NCBI GenBank assembly: GCA_016906335.1
Contig: JADEYG010000009.1
Span: 434,001-498,000 of the forward strand
Source of the DNA: Novakomyces olei
Lineage: Eukaryota
DNA: 64,000 bases
Reading direction: 5' to 3'
Shown here: positions 34,855 through 46,501 of the stretch, piece by piece
How the letters are laid out: each line of letters starts with the position of its first letter
Position numbering within the stretch: the stretch's first letter is position 1
Position numbers and translations under genes: made by a program
The notes under the pieces: generated by a model
The model's database searches: none
The model's input: the letters and a program-made list of their open reading frames with translations, nothing else
What the model was told of the DNA's origin: nothing

Positions 34855-35066
34855 GGTGCGCACACTACCTACCGTAACTCTCTACCGTAACATTAATCTT
34901 TATACTTTTTGATCGCTCGCCTGGCGCGGGGCTTCACTGGGCGAGCACAGAAAGGCGCAGGCCAGAAAGCACTGGCAAAGTCTGTGCGGGCTTCAAGGCA
35001 CCACTCTCCCTGATCTCTGCGCGCCTATAATTTTCGCACTGGAATGGTTGGCGAGTACAGCATGTA

Positions 35067-38000
35067 ATGGACTTTTCCTCGGCTCTCGAGAAAGTTGAAA
35101 ACAGTGACGGCAGTAGTAATAGCACTACTGCCGCTGCCGCCGTCTCGTCGAGAAACGGGAACGGCGTTCCATACATGCTTCCCTCGTCGGGATCGCGGTT
35201 TACGTCTTTGACTGGCAGTGCGGGTACAGCTTCTCCAACGGTGGCTCCAGTGCCCTCGCAAGTGTCTGCCGTACCTTCAGCTTCCCACGCTTATATGCAG
35301 TCGCTAAACCCTAACTTTATTCCGCAAAGCAGCTCAAGTGCCGTGGGCCAAGTGGTCGAGTACGAGCCCCGGTCGGGTCTCGATCACGGTTTTGATCGGC
35401 GCGGCAGTTTTGGGAACAGTACTCGAGGAGGCGGAGACAGTGAAGGAATAAACAGTGAAGGAATAAACAGTGAAGGAATAAACGCAGCCGCTGCCGTAGC
35501 CGCTGCAGCAGCAGCAGCGGCAGCGGCAGGCGAACTCCCACTTTGGGCGTTTGAAAAGACAAAAGCCGGAAAAGACCGCAAGCGGCTGCCGCTTGCCTGC
35601 CTTTCCTGCAGAAGGAAAAAAATACGTTGCTCTGGAGAAAAGCCTGCGTGCCTCTACTGCCAAAAGAACGGGATCTTTTGCGAGTACGTAACCTCCTCGA
35701 GAAAGTCGCGGCACAAGCAGAGCCATGGAAGCGACCATAACTCTGACGAGGCGGGTGCCAGTGACGAGGAAGCAGATACGAAACGACTAAAAGTGTTTTC
35801 GTCTCGGACAGAGGCCAACAATGGCCATTCTGTTAATGGCGGAGGAGTCCCCAACTACTCGGCGGCCACGGCAGTCTCTGACGCAGAGAACCGTGGAGTG
35901 CCAGAGAGGGCGAGGGCCATGTTTGACCAACCTCCAAGGCCCAACCTGCACAATCCCCATACTGCACAGAGCCATAGCAGTCAGACCAGCAATGGCCTAC
36001 GGCTTGACGGCTATATGGAAAAAGGAGCGGATGGGCAAACGGGTTACATGAACCAGAGCCATACTGGAATAGATCGGCCGCCGCTCGTAGACGGCAGTAA
36101 CGGCATTGGGTTTTACGGTACAGATTTCAGTGTAGCCAGTGGCTACGACGAGCGGTTCCCACCACAGACAAACGGCCTCAAGTACTCTGGCTCTGCTGCT
36201 CTGCCGGACGGACTGTACTCGCAACAAGTCCCCACTTACCAGCAGGCTCATTCGATGGGGATAGTCCCAGGCCCAGATTTGAGCCAGAGGCTGGGCCAGG
36301 CAGGTCAAGGCAATCAAGGCAATCAAGGCAATCAAGGCAATCAAGGCAATCAAGGCAATCAAGTCAGCCAAGTCAGCCAAGGCAGCCATATTGGAATAGT
36401 CACAGGCGGGCAAGCTGGAACGGGACTGGCGAGTACGTCATATACGCGTGGAGCGGGAGCCAACGAGGCTTTGCCCTGGTCGCATAACCGCTCCTCTGCC
36501 AGTGCCAACTCTTCGGCACCTTTGCACTACGATCTGGCGAGTCAGTCGCGGCCGTTTGGTATGAGTATAGATTTGAATGTGGAAAAGATCAGTCCAATAG
36601 TGGACACACGGGTCGACCGGCACCTTTTGCCGAGTGTACACATCCAAGTGCACTTGGCCGATACGTTTTTCAAGACTGTTCATGGCACAACGTACTACCT
36701 TTTGCACAGAGACCAGACGATGCAGGCAATAACAAACAAATCGGCCAGTGTTCCTCTCGTCCTCGCTATATGTGCTGTCTCTGCCCGCTTCTCCAAATCT
36801 CTCGAGCTGCAAACAAAGCCAATGTGGTCCGCTGGCGAGGGCTTTGCTGAGAGAGCACGCAGAATCCTGATGGCCAATTTTGACCAGCCGACTATTGAAA
36901 ACGTGTCCAGCCTGGTTATAATGGCCCTGCACGAGTTTGGCTCTTGCCATGGGAACAAGAGCTGGATGCTGGCCGGAATGGCTATGCGAATGGCGTGTGC
37001 CCTGCGGCTCAATGACGATATTCCTGTTGCCTTTCGTAACCCTAACCCTACCCCTCTGGAGATTATGGAAGACGAGCTGAGGAGACGGGTGTTTTTCAGC
37101 TGTTTTGTACTGGACCGGTTCAATTCCAGCAGCGCTGGACGGCCGCACTTTCTCTCTGAGGCTGATTGCAGAGTGCAGCTGCCCATTGACGAGGCTCTTT
37201 TCCTGAGCGGAACTGCCGGAGCCACTGAGCGGCTGGATGGCAGTCTGATGGAGCAGTGCCCAGAATCGGCACGGCCGTCTGTGTCGCATGCCAATATGGG
37301 CATCTATGCTTACAGTATAAAGATCATATTGCTGTGGGGCCGAGTAGTACGCTTTGTCAGCCAGGGCGGGTTACAGAGCAAAGAGGATTTCTTACCAGCC
37401 TCCACTTTCCACAGCCTGGACAGGCAGATTCTGCAGTTTATTGCTGCCCTGCCAGACCGACTGGTCTGGTCGCCAGCAACGCTCAAGGCCTACAACGCCA
37501 GAGGCGAAGGTGCCAGTTTCACGTTTCTCCATGTCGCCTGCCACCAGGTACTGCTCTTCCTCCATCGCTGGGCGATTCCTCTCGGCACTGAGCAGTGCCT
37601 GCACGTTGAAGCGCCTCTCGAGGCCATTGAAAGGTCGACAAGGATTGCTCAGCACAGTGCAAACACGATCAGCCGGATCCTGGAAGAGGCATTTACAAAG
37701 GGCAAACTGGCAGTCTATGTGCCCTTTGTCGGGTACAGCTTGTTTACCGCCAGCCGAGTGCAGTTGAGGCTCATCTTCCACGGAGACGTGGAAACTGCCG
37801 CTGAGGCTCGTGTACACTTTGACTCAAATATGGCTATTCTCGACGAAATGAAGACACACTGGGGCGTAATGCAAAATATGAGTACCCACCTAGCTGAGCT
37901 TTGGAGGGAGCACGCTCAAGCTGCCTCGTCGCCTTTTGAAGAGGAAAATGGGAATGGAAACTCAAACTCGAATGGGAATGGGAATGGCAATGGAAATGGC

Positions 38001-38183
38001 AATGGGAATGGGCACTCAAACGGGAACGGGAGCCGTGGCAGAAACGTGGACAGTGCCGTCTACAATCCTGGCACGGGGACAACGAGCGTAAAGGAACAAG
38101 GGTTCCTTTACTACTCGGACTGGTTTGACAGGTACCCGCACGAAAAGCAACCGGACGAGGGCCGACTTGCTCGGCCAGAGTGA
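35067..38183 (+). CDS. Zn(II)2Cys6 transcription factor with fungal-specific TF domain, apparently intronless
   Basis: KRLPLACLSCRRKKIRCSGEKPACLYCQKNGIFCEY; middle region ELRRRVFFSCFVLDRF. Confidence 0.93.
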   Translation: MDFSSALEKVENSDGSSNSTTAAAAVSSRNGNGVPYMLPSSGSRFTSLTGSAGTASPTVAPVPSQVSAVPSASHAYMQSLNPNFIPQSSSSAVGQVVEYEPRSGLDHGFDRRGSFGNSTRGGGDSEGINSEGINSEGINAAAAVAAAAAAAAAAGELPLWAFEKTKAGKDRKRLPLACLSCRRKKIRCSGEKPACLYCQKNGIFCEYVTSSRKSRHKQSHGSDHNSDEAGASDEEADTKRLKVFSSRTEANNGHSVNGGGVPNYSAATAVSDAENRGVPERARAMFDQPPRPNLHNPHTAQSHSSQTSNGLRLDGYMEKGADGQTGYMNQSHTGIDRPPLVDGSNGIGFYGTDFSVASGYDERFPPQTNGLKYSGSAALPDGLYSQQVPTYQQAHSMGIVPGPDLSQRLGQAGQGNQGNQGNQGNQGNQGNQVSQVSQGSHIGIVTGGQAGTGLASTSYTRGAGANEALPWSHNRSSASANSSAPLHYDLASQSRPFGMSIDLNVEKISPIVDTRVDRHLLPSVHIQVHLADTFFKTVHGTTYYLLHRDQTMQAITNKSASVPLVLAICAVSARFSKSLELQTKPMWSAGEGFAERARRILMANFDQPTIENVSSLVIMALHEFGSCHGNKSWMLAGMAMRMACALRLNDDIPVAFRNPNPTPLEIMEDELRRRVFFSCFVLDRFNSSSAGRPHFLSEADCRVQLPIDEALFLSGTAGATERLDGSLMEQCPESARPSVSHANMGIYAYSIKIILLWGRVVRFVSQGGLQSKEDFLPASTFHSLDRQILQFIAALPDRLVWSPATLKAYNARGEGASFTFLHVACHQVLLFLHRWAIPLGTEQCLHVEAPLEAIERSTRIAQHSANTISRILEEAFTKGKLAVYVPFVGYSLFTASRVQLRLIFHGDVETAAEARVHFDSNMAILDEMKTHWGVMQNMSTHLAELWREHAQAASSPFEEENGNGNSNSNGNGNGNGNGNGNGHSNGNGSRGRNVDSAVYNPGTGTTSVKEQGFLYYSDWFDRYPHEKQPDEGRLARPE

Positions 38184-39042
38184 AGGTGGAGGAGGAGAGG
38201 AGAGGAGGATGTGGAGGAGAGGAGGAGGAGGTGGCTGGTAGATCGAGTTTGGTTGTTAATTGCTGGCTGGAGCGTTCTACATTACGACCGACTTCACTAT
38301 GACTCTAGTCGTTACGATTTGTTCATTATGACTTTATGATATGATCAGGTGCAAGTTGGAAAATTGTCCAACTGTTTTTTTCTTTTTTTCTTTTTAAAAG
38401 GGTACAGTACACGTACACTCTTGCGTACAGTACTGTTCAACAAAATTTCGTAAAGCGAATAAAATTGCAAAAGTATTTACCGGGCTTGCTTTGCGGTATT
38501 TGTCAAAGTAGCAGTTTATCGTTTTGTCAGGTCTCACAAAAATTCACGTCAAAAACACGATTGATATACAGAGGGCACTAAAGCAGTTGCCACGCAAAGC
38601 GTGTGCCATGCGGGTTTTGGCGATGCTTGAGCACGTTTTATGTGCGCTTTTATCCCCGATTTAGTTTTAATTATTTTTTGCTTTCGGATACATACATGGG
38701 AGGCGAGTGTTAAATTTTGAATATCATAGAGTAGGGATTTCTGTCGTGTTGTTTGCCTTTTCTCGCTTTGCGCTGCGATGTTTTGTGTTTGCTGAACTTT
38801 GTCTTTTTCTTTTTTCTTTTCCATTTATATCCAATGCCCTGTTCTCTTGTTTTGAATAGTATATAAAATATTGGCTTTTCAAACACTTCCAGACTCTTGT
38901 GAATTTAGACTGGCGAATTTAGCTCCGTGGATTACTTGTGTAGACTGACATTGTTACAATAGGCACGCAGTACGCACCTATCATAATAATTAAGTCTTCT
39001 AGTTGAATTAGTCGGTTAGATTAATTTGCCGGCCATTCGCAA

Positions 39043-39138
39043 TAGCGTACAGTGCAAGTCTTTATAGCGAACAGTGCAAATCTTTATAGCGAACAGTGCA
39101 AATCTTTATAGCGAACAGTGCAAGTCTATAGCGTACAG
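39043..39138 (+). repeat. 22-bp minisatellite (TAGCGAACAGTGCAAATCTTTA)x~4
   Basis: Tandem copies. Confidence 0.9.
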
Positions 39139-39516
39139 TACCTTGCAAGTACTCAAATCGTCCTCATTTGTTTCGTGTCAGTTATACAATAAATTCACAA
39201 TCACAGTATCAAGCGACGATACTCCCAAGTAATATGAGGATTAGCTACGTATATTTCCAAATCGCCGCGTACATAGATAATAGATAGATTTCCAAAATTA
39301 TTATACACATAATACTGCACACATAAATAATACAAGAGTCCGTATCCGGAGCGCAAGTCACTTTATCTGCAGACGACACTCAACGATCAGAGCATAGGAA
39401 ACAATACGCTCTGGCCTCACTCGAGCCAGATTAAAGTGTTTAAAATAAAAGAAACAAATTAAACAGGCGGCCGAGACTTGCTAGTATCTCGCTTGTTATT
39501 GCGGGTATCTACCGCC

Positions 39517-40521
39517 ATGGCCGATCAGCAGCGGCCGCGGAATAACCGCGTTATTCAGTGTAAACTTGTCCTGTTGGGTATGGCTCTGAACGATCTCTCT
39601 TTTTCTTCCTTTTTTTTTAAGTGTATCTGGATAAGACTAATTTTTAAAGGCGAAGCTGCAGTTGGAAAAGTATGACATCTAAACTTTGATTTGTTTTTGT
39701 CACTTAGTCAGTGCAGTAGAATACTTCAAGCGCCTATCTCTGCAGCCACTCTGAATAGCCGTCGGACTACTGGCTTTTTTTTCCAATTTTTATTGAACTA
39801 ACATTCTCTCTGCACAGTCTTCAGTCGTTATGCGGTTCGTTTCGGACGATTTTCAGGAAAACAAGGAGCCTACAATTGGGGGTAAGCTTATACGCCAGCC
39901 TGTCTCGTTTCTATTTTGCCCTTTGCTTTTTAATACCATTTTTAAATTTTTCAACTTTTTTCCTTTTGATCCCTCGATCAAACTAATACCCTTGCAGCTG
40001 CATTTCTTACCCAAAAATGCCAGGTCGATGGCCGAACGGTTAAACTGGAAATTTGGGATACGGCGGGACAAGAACGGTTCCACTCACTTGCACCGATGTA
40101 TTATCGAAACGCTTCCGCGGCACTTGTCGTGTACGATATTACTAAAGCAGCCTCTTTTGAACGTGCTAAAGGCTGGGTTCGTGAGTTACAGCGACAAGCA
40201 AGCCCGGAGATTGTTATTGCTCTTTCCGGGAATAAGCTCGATCTCGTTGAGGACGACGAAGGCGCAGAAGACGCAAGTCTTCGGCAGGTTTCACGAGAAG
40301 ATGCTCAGTCTTACGCTGACGAAGCTGGCCTGCTTTTCTTTGAAACCTCTGCCAAGACTGGACAAAATGTACAAGAAGTCTTTGGTGCTATAGCAAAGGC
40401 AATTAATCCAGATACTGTTGGCCGACGTGGAGGGCCTGCTCCCGTACAGGGCGTGGACTCTAGTCGTGTTGATTTAAATGCCAACGGTGGCCCTCAGCAG
40501 CAGGGGAATTGCGCTTGCTGA
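39517..40521 (+). CDS. VPS21: Rab5-family GTPase (Vps21-like), 4 exons
   Basis: [58 protein letters not shown]-terminal CAC. Confidence 0.92.
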
Positions 40522-41135
40522 TAAGGCGGATTTTTACTACCTAAACTTTGGGTTTCAATACACTTGACTTTTTTAGCTTTATTCAATTAATTTTTTCACC
40601 ACTTGCTCTTTTATCCACCTTTTTCATATTCCTCTTTTCCGTAGCCTTTTGCTCTAGTTTTTTCGTCTTGTTTTCTTTCTGATTTATGGCTTGACTTATT
40701 TACTTTTATTATGTTTTCTCAATTCCCTACCTTCTCCTCGTCCGATACGTCTGGCCTTGAATCAAAGACAATTATCATACGAGTTTGCAAAGGCATCTCT
40801 TATCTTTTGGCCATTGTATCTCTTTCTGCCGGCAATTTCGGTCTTTCCTTCCTATACATTAATATGATAATGCTCTGGTTTACGCTTATTCGTCATGGCT
40901 CTGATTATCTTTCCATTTTACTGCTCTCAAGGATGTCTACACAAATGGTCATAATACATCTCTTTTAATTGGAAAACTCTGTCCAAAATATCTACAGATT
41001 AATACAGAATCGTATAAAAGACCATTAAAAAACGGAAATAATTATACAGAAATATAAAGAATAGAAACTAAAAAGAAAATGAAATGAAATTGTATAAAAG
41101 CAATTCCAAAAGACGCCGTCAGATCAATCGACAGA

Positions 41136-43505
41136 TTAAAATTTTACAGTCTTGCCAGACTTGCGTCGTTTCTGATGACCATTCGAGTTTTTAGGATGCT
41201 CGTTTCCGCGTAAGAGCGATAGTTCGTCCCCACTATCACTGTCAGCCATATCCTCGAGATCCTTTGTGCTAAACAAAACCGATTGTGAGCAATTTCGTCT
41301 TGTCGACAAGTCACACTGAAACTCGCGCTTCCCTTGTCCCAAACATTTACGGAAACTCTGACCTCCATCACCTACCGTTACGGGCATAACTCTGCCTGAT
41401 TCTAAAGTACAAGCCGACTGACTGCCGTACGTAGAATCGCAATCCTCTTCTTCTCCACCAGAAGAAAGCAGAGACCCTCTGCGATCCAAAAAGTGTCCAA
41501 TCTTTTTGGACTCTTGAATTGCACTAAAGTCGAAACTAGTGTCGAAACCTGTATCGAAACAACCAAAATCTTTATGGCTTTGTGTTTTGCGGATCAATTT
41601 TCTCTTTGAGCATCGGCTCCACTTTCCTCTTTGCGCAAAAGCAGACTTGCTCATGAATAAAACGTCCATTTCTTCGTCTGAAGAACAAAATCGGGAATTA
41701 ATTCCATTTTTCTTGGCTGCTGCGCGACTATAAGCCTTTGTATCCACTCTCCCAGCCAACGTGTCGGGACTCACTTTGATCCACGTTGACACTGCTTGGT
41801 CGTATCTCCATTTCCGTGGCAGTGGAGTCGCTTCTGCCAGAGTGTCAGTGTTTCCCATCGGCGCAGGCCGATGCCGGAATGAAGGTTCACTGGCCACAGT
41901 ATTCAAAACGGGCTCAACCGCGGTAATAAAGGCATTTGTCCTTTCAGTCTGAGGAAACGACGAGTAATACCGATGGAACTGGAGCGCAGTGTCCGCTGCT
42001 AATTGCTCTGCGTATCGTTGCAATACACAGAGCAATTTATTCAATCGCTCCGCGTCGAAATTTTGAGCGAATAATAGTTGGAAAAACTGCTGTGTCCGAT
42101 CCACGCTTGCACAAGTCTCAGAGTACAGCTGAGCGATGTTTTCCTGCAAAAGCATTGCTGCAGCAGGCGGCAACGTATCCTCGTAGTGTGCGGTTTGTAG
42201 GGAGCTCACTATTATTACTAAAAGGGCACAAGGAAAAGGGTGGGATGAAAGGCAAAGAGCGCTGCCGGATTTGATGCTTTTCCCTCTTTTTTCCAGAGCG
42301 GCAATAACAATTTCTAAAAGGTTTCGTGACTGTGAGAGAGGGCCAATTTGCGTGCAGACGGTATTGAGTACCTGACAGACAAACGAGTCTACCTTTTCCG
42401 CCGGTGCAGTTTGAAAAGATGAGGATTTGGTGGAGAAATTGTCCTCTCCTTGGCCTCCATCAATTATCCACTCGATTGCTTTTACGCGCGATTCTAAAAG
42501 GCCATTGGTCTTCAATAGAAAAGACAGAATAGCCCCGTTTTGCACTACAGCAATGGCAGAGAGACGCGCGGCTAGAAGCGTATCGAAAAAAGCGGCTCGA
42601 TTCAGTCTTGTGAAAAGGGTATAGCTGTCCTGTAGACTCGATTGTGTGCATGAATTTAGGGGAAGATTGTCCATAATGGCAAACAAAACTGCCTCCGATT
42701 CAGAGGCAAGTCCATAATGTAAAAGAGCAAGAGTAATGTTTGGTAGTACTGGGAAAATAGCACTCGCATGGCAAACGACTGTCTGTATCAGCTGCCCGAG
42801 AAAAACATGTGCCCCGTACCTCGATAGGGGAACGTGAAATGTGTCAGAGCAACTGCAGTTTTCGTCACTCGTGGGACAGAAGAGGCATGCCCTTTCTGCT
42901 TGCATTGATCGGCCCAGAGTGTAAGCGCAACTAGCAGCCAAACTGCGGGGCTGTTTTGTGCATTTAGACTGTGTATTATCATCATCGATAGCTAAATCTT
43001 GAGCAACCCGTGCTAAAAGCGATACAAAAATATCGTAAATGCCAGAGAGATTATTTGCAAACGATTGTGGGAATGCTCTTGCCTGTAGCAATTTGAATTC
43101 CGTGGCCAGGTCTTGTCTAGTGACGCAAAAGGAGCCATTTATGTGGCAGTCTTGAGGATCGTGCTGCTGCATTGTGGTCTCTTTACCATTGCTCTTTAAC
43201 ACTATTGCGTCCTCCAAATGAAGCTGAGCGCGGCCACAAGGCGCCACTACCGGTTCCTGTTTTAATTGTTGTTGTTTCAATTGCTGTTGTTGCTGCTGCT
43301 TATCTTTTTGTCGGTTAATATGTCTCCGTCGTCCGTAGCAACGGCGCTGAAACGGGACTTGCCGAAACGTGCCTTCTCCCTGCCGATAATCAACAATCCC
43401 GTCAACCACAGAATCGCTCGTTTTCCGACGCGAAGTGGTAGACACTATTCGTGAGACAAGCGGCCTCAGCAGCCGCTGGCGTTTTGCTGAAGGCCAGGAA
43501 TCCAT
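41136..43505 (-). CDS. Hypothetical 789-aa protein
   Basis: Long intronless ORF; short motifs RLLRPLVSRI, WRYDQAVSTWI and SGDELS recall an uncharacterised fungal family. Confidence 0.75.
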   Translation of the reverse strand: MDSWPSAKRQRLLRPLVSRIVSTTSRRKTSDSVVDGIVDYRQGEGTFRQVPFQRRCYGRRRHINRQKDKQQQQQQLKQQQLKQEPVVAPCGRAQLHLEDAIVLKSNGKETTMQQHDPQDCHINGSFCVTRQDLATEFKLLQARAFPQSFANNLSGIYDIFVSLLARVAQDLAIDDDNTQSKCTKQPRSLAASCAYTLGRSMQAERACLFCPTSDENCSCSDTFHVPLSRYGAHVFLGQLIQTVVCHASAIFPVLPNITLALLHYGLASESEAVLFAIMDNLPLNSCTQSSLQDSYTLFTRLNRAAFFDTLLAARLSAIAVVQNGAILSFLLKTNGLLESRVKAIEWIIDGGQGEDNFSTKSSSFQTAPAEKVDSFVCQVLNTVCTQIGPLSQSRNLLEIVIAALEKRGKSIKSGSALCLSSHPFPCALLVIIVSSLQTAHYEDTLPPAAAMLLQENIAQLYSETCASVDRTQQFFQLLFAQNFDAERLNKLLCVLQRYAEQLAADTALQFHRYYSSFPQTERTNAFITAVEPVLNTVASEPSFRHRPAPMGNTDTLAEATPLPRKWRYDQAVSTWIKVSPDTLAGRVDTKAYSRAAAKKNGINSRFCSSDEEMDVLFMSKSAFAQRGKWSRCSKRKLIRKTQSHKDFGCFDTGFDTSFDFSAIQESKKIGHFLDRRGSLLSSGGEEEDCDSTYGSQSACTLESGRVMPVTVGDGGQSFRKCLGQGKREFQCDLSTRRNCSQSVLFSTKDLEDMADSDSGDELSLLRGNEHPKNSNGHQKRRKSGKTVKF

Positions 43506-43901
43506 TGTAATAGGATTGAGGAGAAGTTAATACCCAGGATTTAAAGACTCCAAAAATTCTCAAAAAGTCTCAAAAAGTTTCCAAAAGCAAGTTCAAAAAT
43601 GAACGTGAATGAGGCTCAAGCAGCTGCCCAAATGCAAACGCAAGTCCTCATAGCTTCCGGTGCTGTCAAAATCAACCAAAAATATTTCAGTCGCAAGCAG
43701 AAACTGAACAGATCAAAAAAGAAAACAAGGGCCTAAGCGCGCCCTGTAACAAACGCACTTTAAAAGCGTATACAATCAAGGCCGCAGTGCCCGACAGTAT
43801 AAGCGATTATTCTACTTTGCGTAGCAATCTAACCGCTCCAAATTTCCGGGGAAGCGCTTTCGCAATAGTCAATCGTCTGCCAGGCAACGGCCAGTCGGGC
43901 G

Positions 43902-44013
43902 TTGTTTACCGTGTAAACAAATAACACTAATTATATACGCTGCTATTATTCATCTATTTCTTACGCGATGCACGAATAATTGTCTACGCCTTAACCCTAA
44001 ACAATTAACCCTA
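43902..44013. promoter_or_regulatory. Inverted forkhead site pair plus two TAACCCTAA boxes
   Basis: TTGTTTAC-cgt-GTAAACAA (43902-43920); TTAACCCTAA at 43991 and 44005. Confidence 0.5.
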
Positions 44014-44366
44014 AGTAGATAATAACACTATTTTCGTGTCTTTAAGTAATCGTAATGCGGGCAAACTGTATAGTTATTATCCATAGTCTATAACGGTGGC
44101 CAATAACCAGGCCGGCAATTGGCAAACAATCCCAGCTTTTTGACCAGCAATCTCCCAAAGGTAATCGAGTAAATAATCAGGTTGAAAGGATTCAAAGCGT
44201 AAATTTGCCAGCCCGGTCCAATCGACCCGGAAATGCAACCAAATACAGTCATGCGCAACTGGCATTACGACATGCGTTAGTGGTCAGAATAGACTACAAA
44301 TGCTCAAATAGCCGAGGCCAGAATTGGCATTTATAAAGTAAACCTGAATCCAAACCGCTGAGCAGC

Positions 44367-45224
44367 TTAGGCAGAAGCCTTTGCCTCGATTTTATCGGCG
44401 ATAGTCAAATGCGAGCCTCCGTTCCGCAGCAAGTGGCGGACTGCTGCCTCAACCAAAAGCTTAATGTACAGCTTGTGTAAGAATACAATGTGCCGCGGCA
44501 CTGGATTGCGTCCAGGAACGCCATTCACACCATCAAAGAGAATGCTTGCGCAAGAAAAAGTCACAGTGTGCGCGTCAGAAGAGACTTTGAGGGTAATAGT
44601 TCCATCAAAGGGACGTGGAGCCGGAACGAGAGGCGAGTCTCCGCACCTTATCTCCGCCGAAGCGTCCGCCAGAGTGCTCTCCCGCGAGACCACTTCAAAG
44701 TGGTTTAATATACGTGCGCCCTCGGGATAGTTTCCGCTCTCCAGTTGCTCACGGTCCCAGTACTGTGCGCTTTCGCCAAACACAGGGTCTCCAGGGACAA
44801 AGGACGATTTGCGTAGCAAACGCGCCTGAACTCCAAAAATAGCGTTGCCGAAAAACCCTTGTGTAAAGGCATCAGCGAGCCTCTGATGCCACTGTGTCCG
44901 CTGCTCCTGATCCCGTCGTTCACGGCTCGTGAAAAGTTTCTGAAGGATGCCCAACTGCACACGGCCCTGCTGGGAGTCGGGATGGACGGCTTCGTCCAGC
45001 GCCCAGATTGGCACTCGCCTTACAAACTCGTCGTACAGCGCCCCATGGTTTTCCGGGTTAATGCGTCGAAAAGTCTCCGACTGGAAAGGCTCAGACGTGG
45101 GCCCAAACGGCACTTGCTTGACTATATGGATTAGTACGAGGAGGACTAGCGAGCCAGGTCTAACCTTTGCGTGTGTACCATGCAGCACCAAGACCCACGA
45201 CGACTGCGGACGTCGCTGAGCCAT
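44367..45224 (-). CDS. Hypothetical protein, probably a conserved fungal family
   Basis: 285-aa ORF with NHFEVV, IRCGDSP, LHKLYIKLLVEAAV. Confidence 0.75.
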   Translation of the reverse strand: MAQRRPQSSWVLVLHGTHAKVRPGSLVLLVLIHIVKQVPFGPTSEPFQSETFRRINPENHGALYDEFVRRVPIWALDEAVHPDSQQGRVQLGILQKLFTSRERRDQEQRTQWHQRLADAFTQGFFGNAIFGVQARLLRKSSFVPGDPVFGESAQYWDREQLESGNYPEGARILNHFEVVSRESTLADASAEIRCGDSPLVPAPRPFDGTITLKVSSDAHTVTFSCASILFDGVNGVPGRNPVPRHIVFLHKLYIKLLVEAAVRHLLRNGGSHLTIADKIEAKASA

Positions 45225-45552
45225 ACACTGCCGTTTTAAACAGAGTCTTGAAAACTGCCATTGCCGAGCGATTCGCCTACAATTGTCGTGCTCATTTGCC
45301 GGAACACTTCCGGGCGGAGTGGGGTAGCAGGGTTTTCCGCCACCATCCCACTCTTGCCTCCCATGCCTTATTTTGTTTTATTTTATTTTATTTTATTTTA
45401 TTTTATTTTATTATATTTTATTATATTTTATTATAGGGGCAGGTCGCCCGATACATACAATGGCGCACGTATGGCGAGTTTAAAGCCAATTATCTGATTT
45501 GTCGTGTCCCGCACATTGGCAGCGCACATTGACCGGCCGCTCACAAGTAGGG

Positions 45553-45650
45553 CCCGTACTTTATAACCCGTACTTTGCGTACTTTATACCCCGTACTTTG
45601 CATACTTTATACCCCGTACTTTGCATACTTTATATCCCGTACTTTATATT
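45553..45650 (+). repeat. ~23-bp minisatellite (CCCGTACTTTGCATACTTTATAC)n
   Basis: About 4 tandem copies. Confidence 0.85.
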
Positions 45651-46501
45651 CCTTGTACGTTATATCTTTTGAACTACCGCGTTTACGGTACCGCGCTATA
45701 CTATAATTAAACGTATAATTTCCCACATTGGGCCCCAAATCTGCACGCGCACGCGCACGCGCATATCGTATTCGGCCACATATGTAATTCAACGCCGTCT
45801 CTCCTTACAGCTGTACGCATTTATTTCCATATTAATCAAGCATATCCAAATGCGTACGTCCATTTTAGCCTCGACTGTCCGTATATCAATTAAGCAGACA
45901 AAATCGTTATATCTATTTCATCTACATATATATGTACCTATATCTATCATATTTCTTATATATCTATATCTAAAGCAAGTCTAGATCTATCTATATCTCC
46001 CATATATCTCTCTGCCATACGTTTATCTCGTTATTTATATCTTCATCTCTCTATATATTTTATCTACCATATATTTATATTTATATATATATCTATATAT
46101 ATATCTATATCTATATATATACCTATATATCTATACCTTTCCACCTTTTATATTACATACGCGCGGTACGCACGTGTTTCGATCCAAGAGCGATCTGCCG
46201 CCCGAGCGAGTCTCGACACCTTTCCTGCCGACGAAACTCGACTCGTTTATACAGTCTGTATTTCATTCATTTATTCCTTTGGATTTATTTTTGATTTTTG
46301 GGGTTATTTCTCGTTCCTTTTCGAAGAGTCTCATTTGCGTATCCGCCAACGCTTGTCTCGAACACGTCCAAATGGCCCATTAACCGCGCTTTTACTCGAA
46401 CCCGTACCCTTCTCTCTCCATTTTATCGGGTTTCTTTTACGATTATCTGACTGCGGCTGTATCGGCCGGCCCGTTCCCGTCGCGTACTTTGGCAGAGCGA
46501 A

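Noticed and set aside
36438-37817. Long antisense ORFs over the Zn-cluster TF (and over VPS53, SIP3, AAT, NUP2)
   Set aside because: Shadow frames of real genes with no recognisable domains
43991-44014. TAACCCTAA as a telomerase RNA template
   Set aside because: Two copies in a short (about 860-bp) intergenic region and no pseudoknot or CR4/5 recognised; promoter teloboxes are more likely
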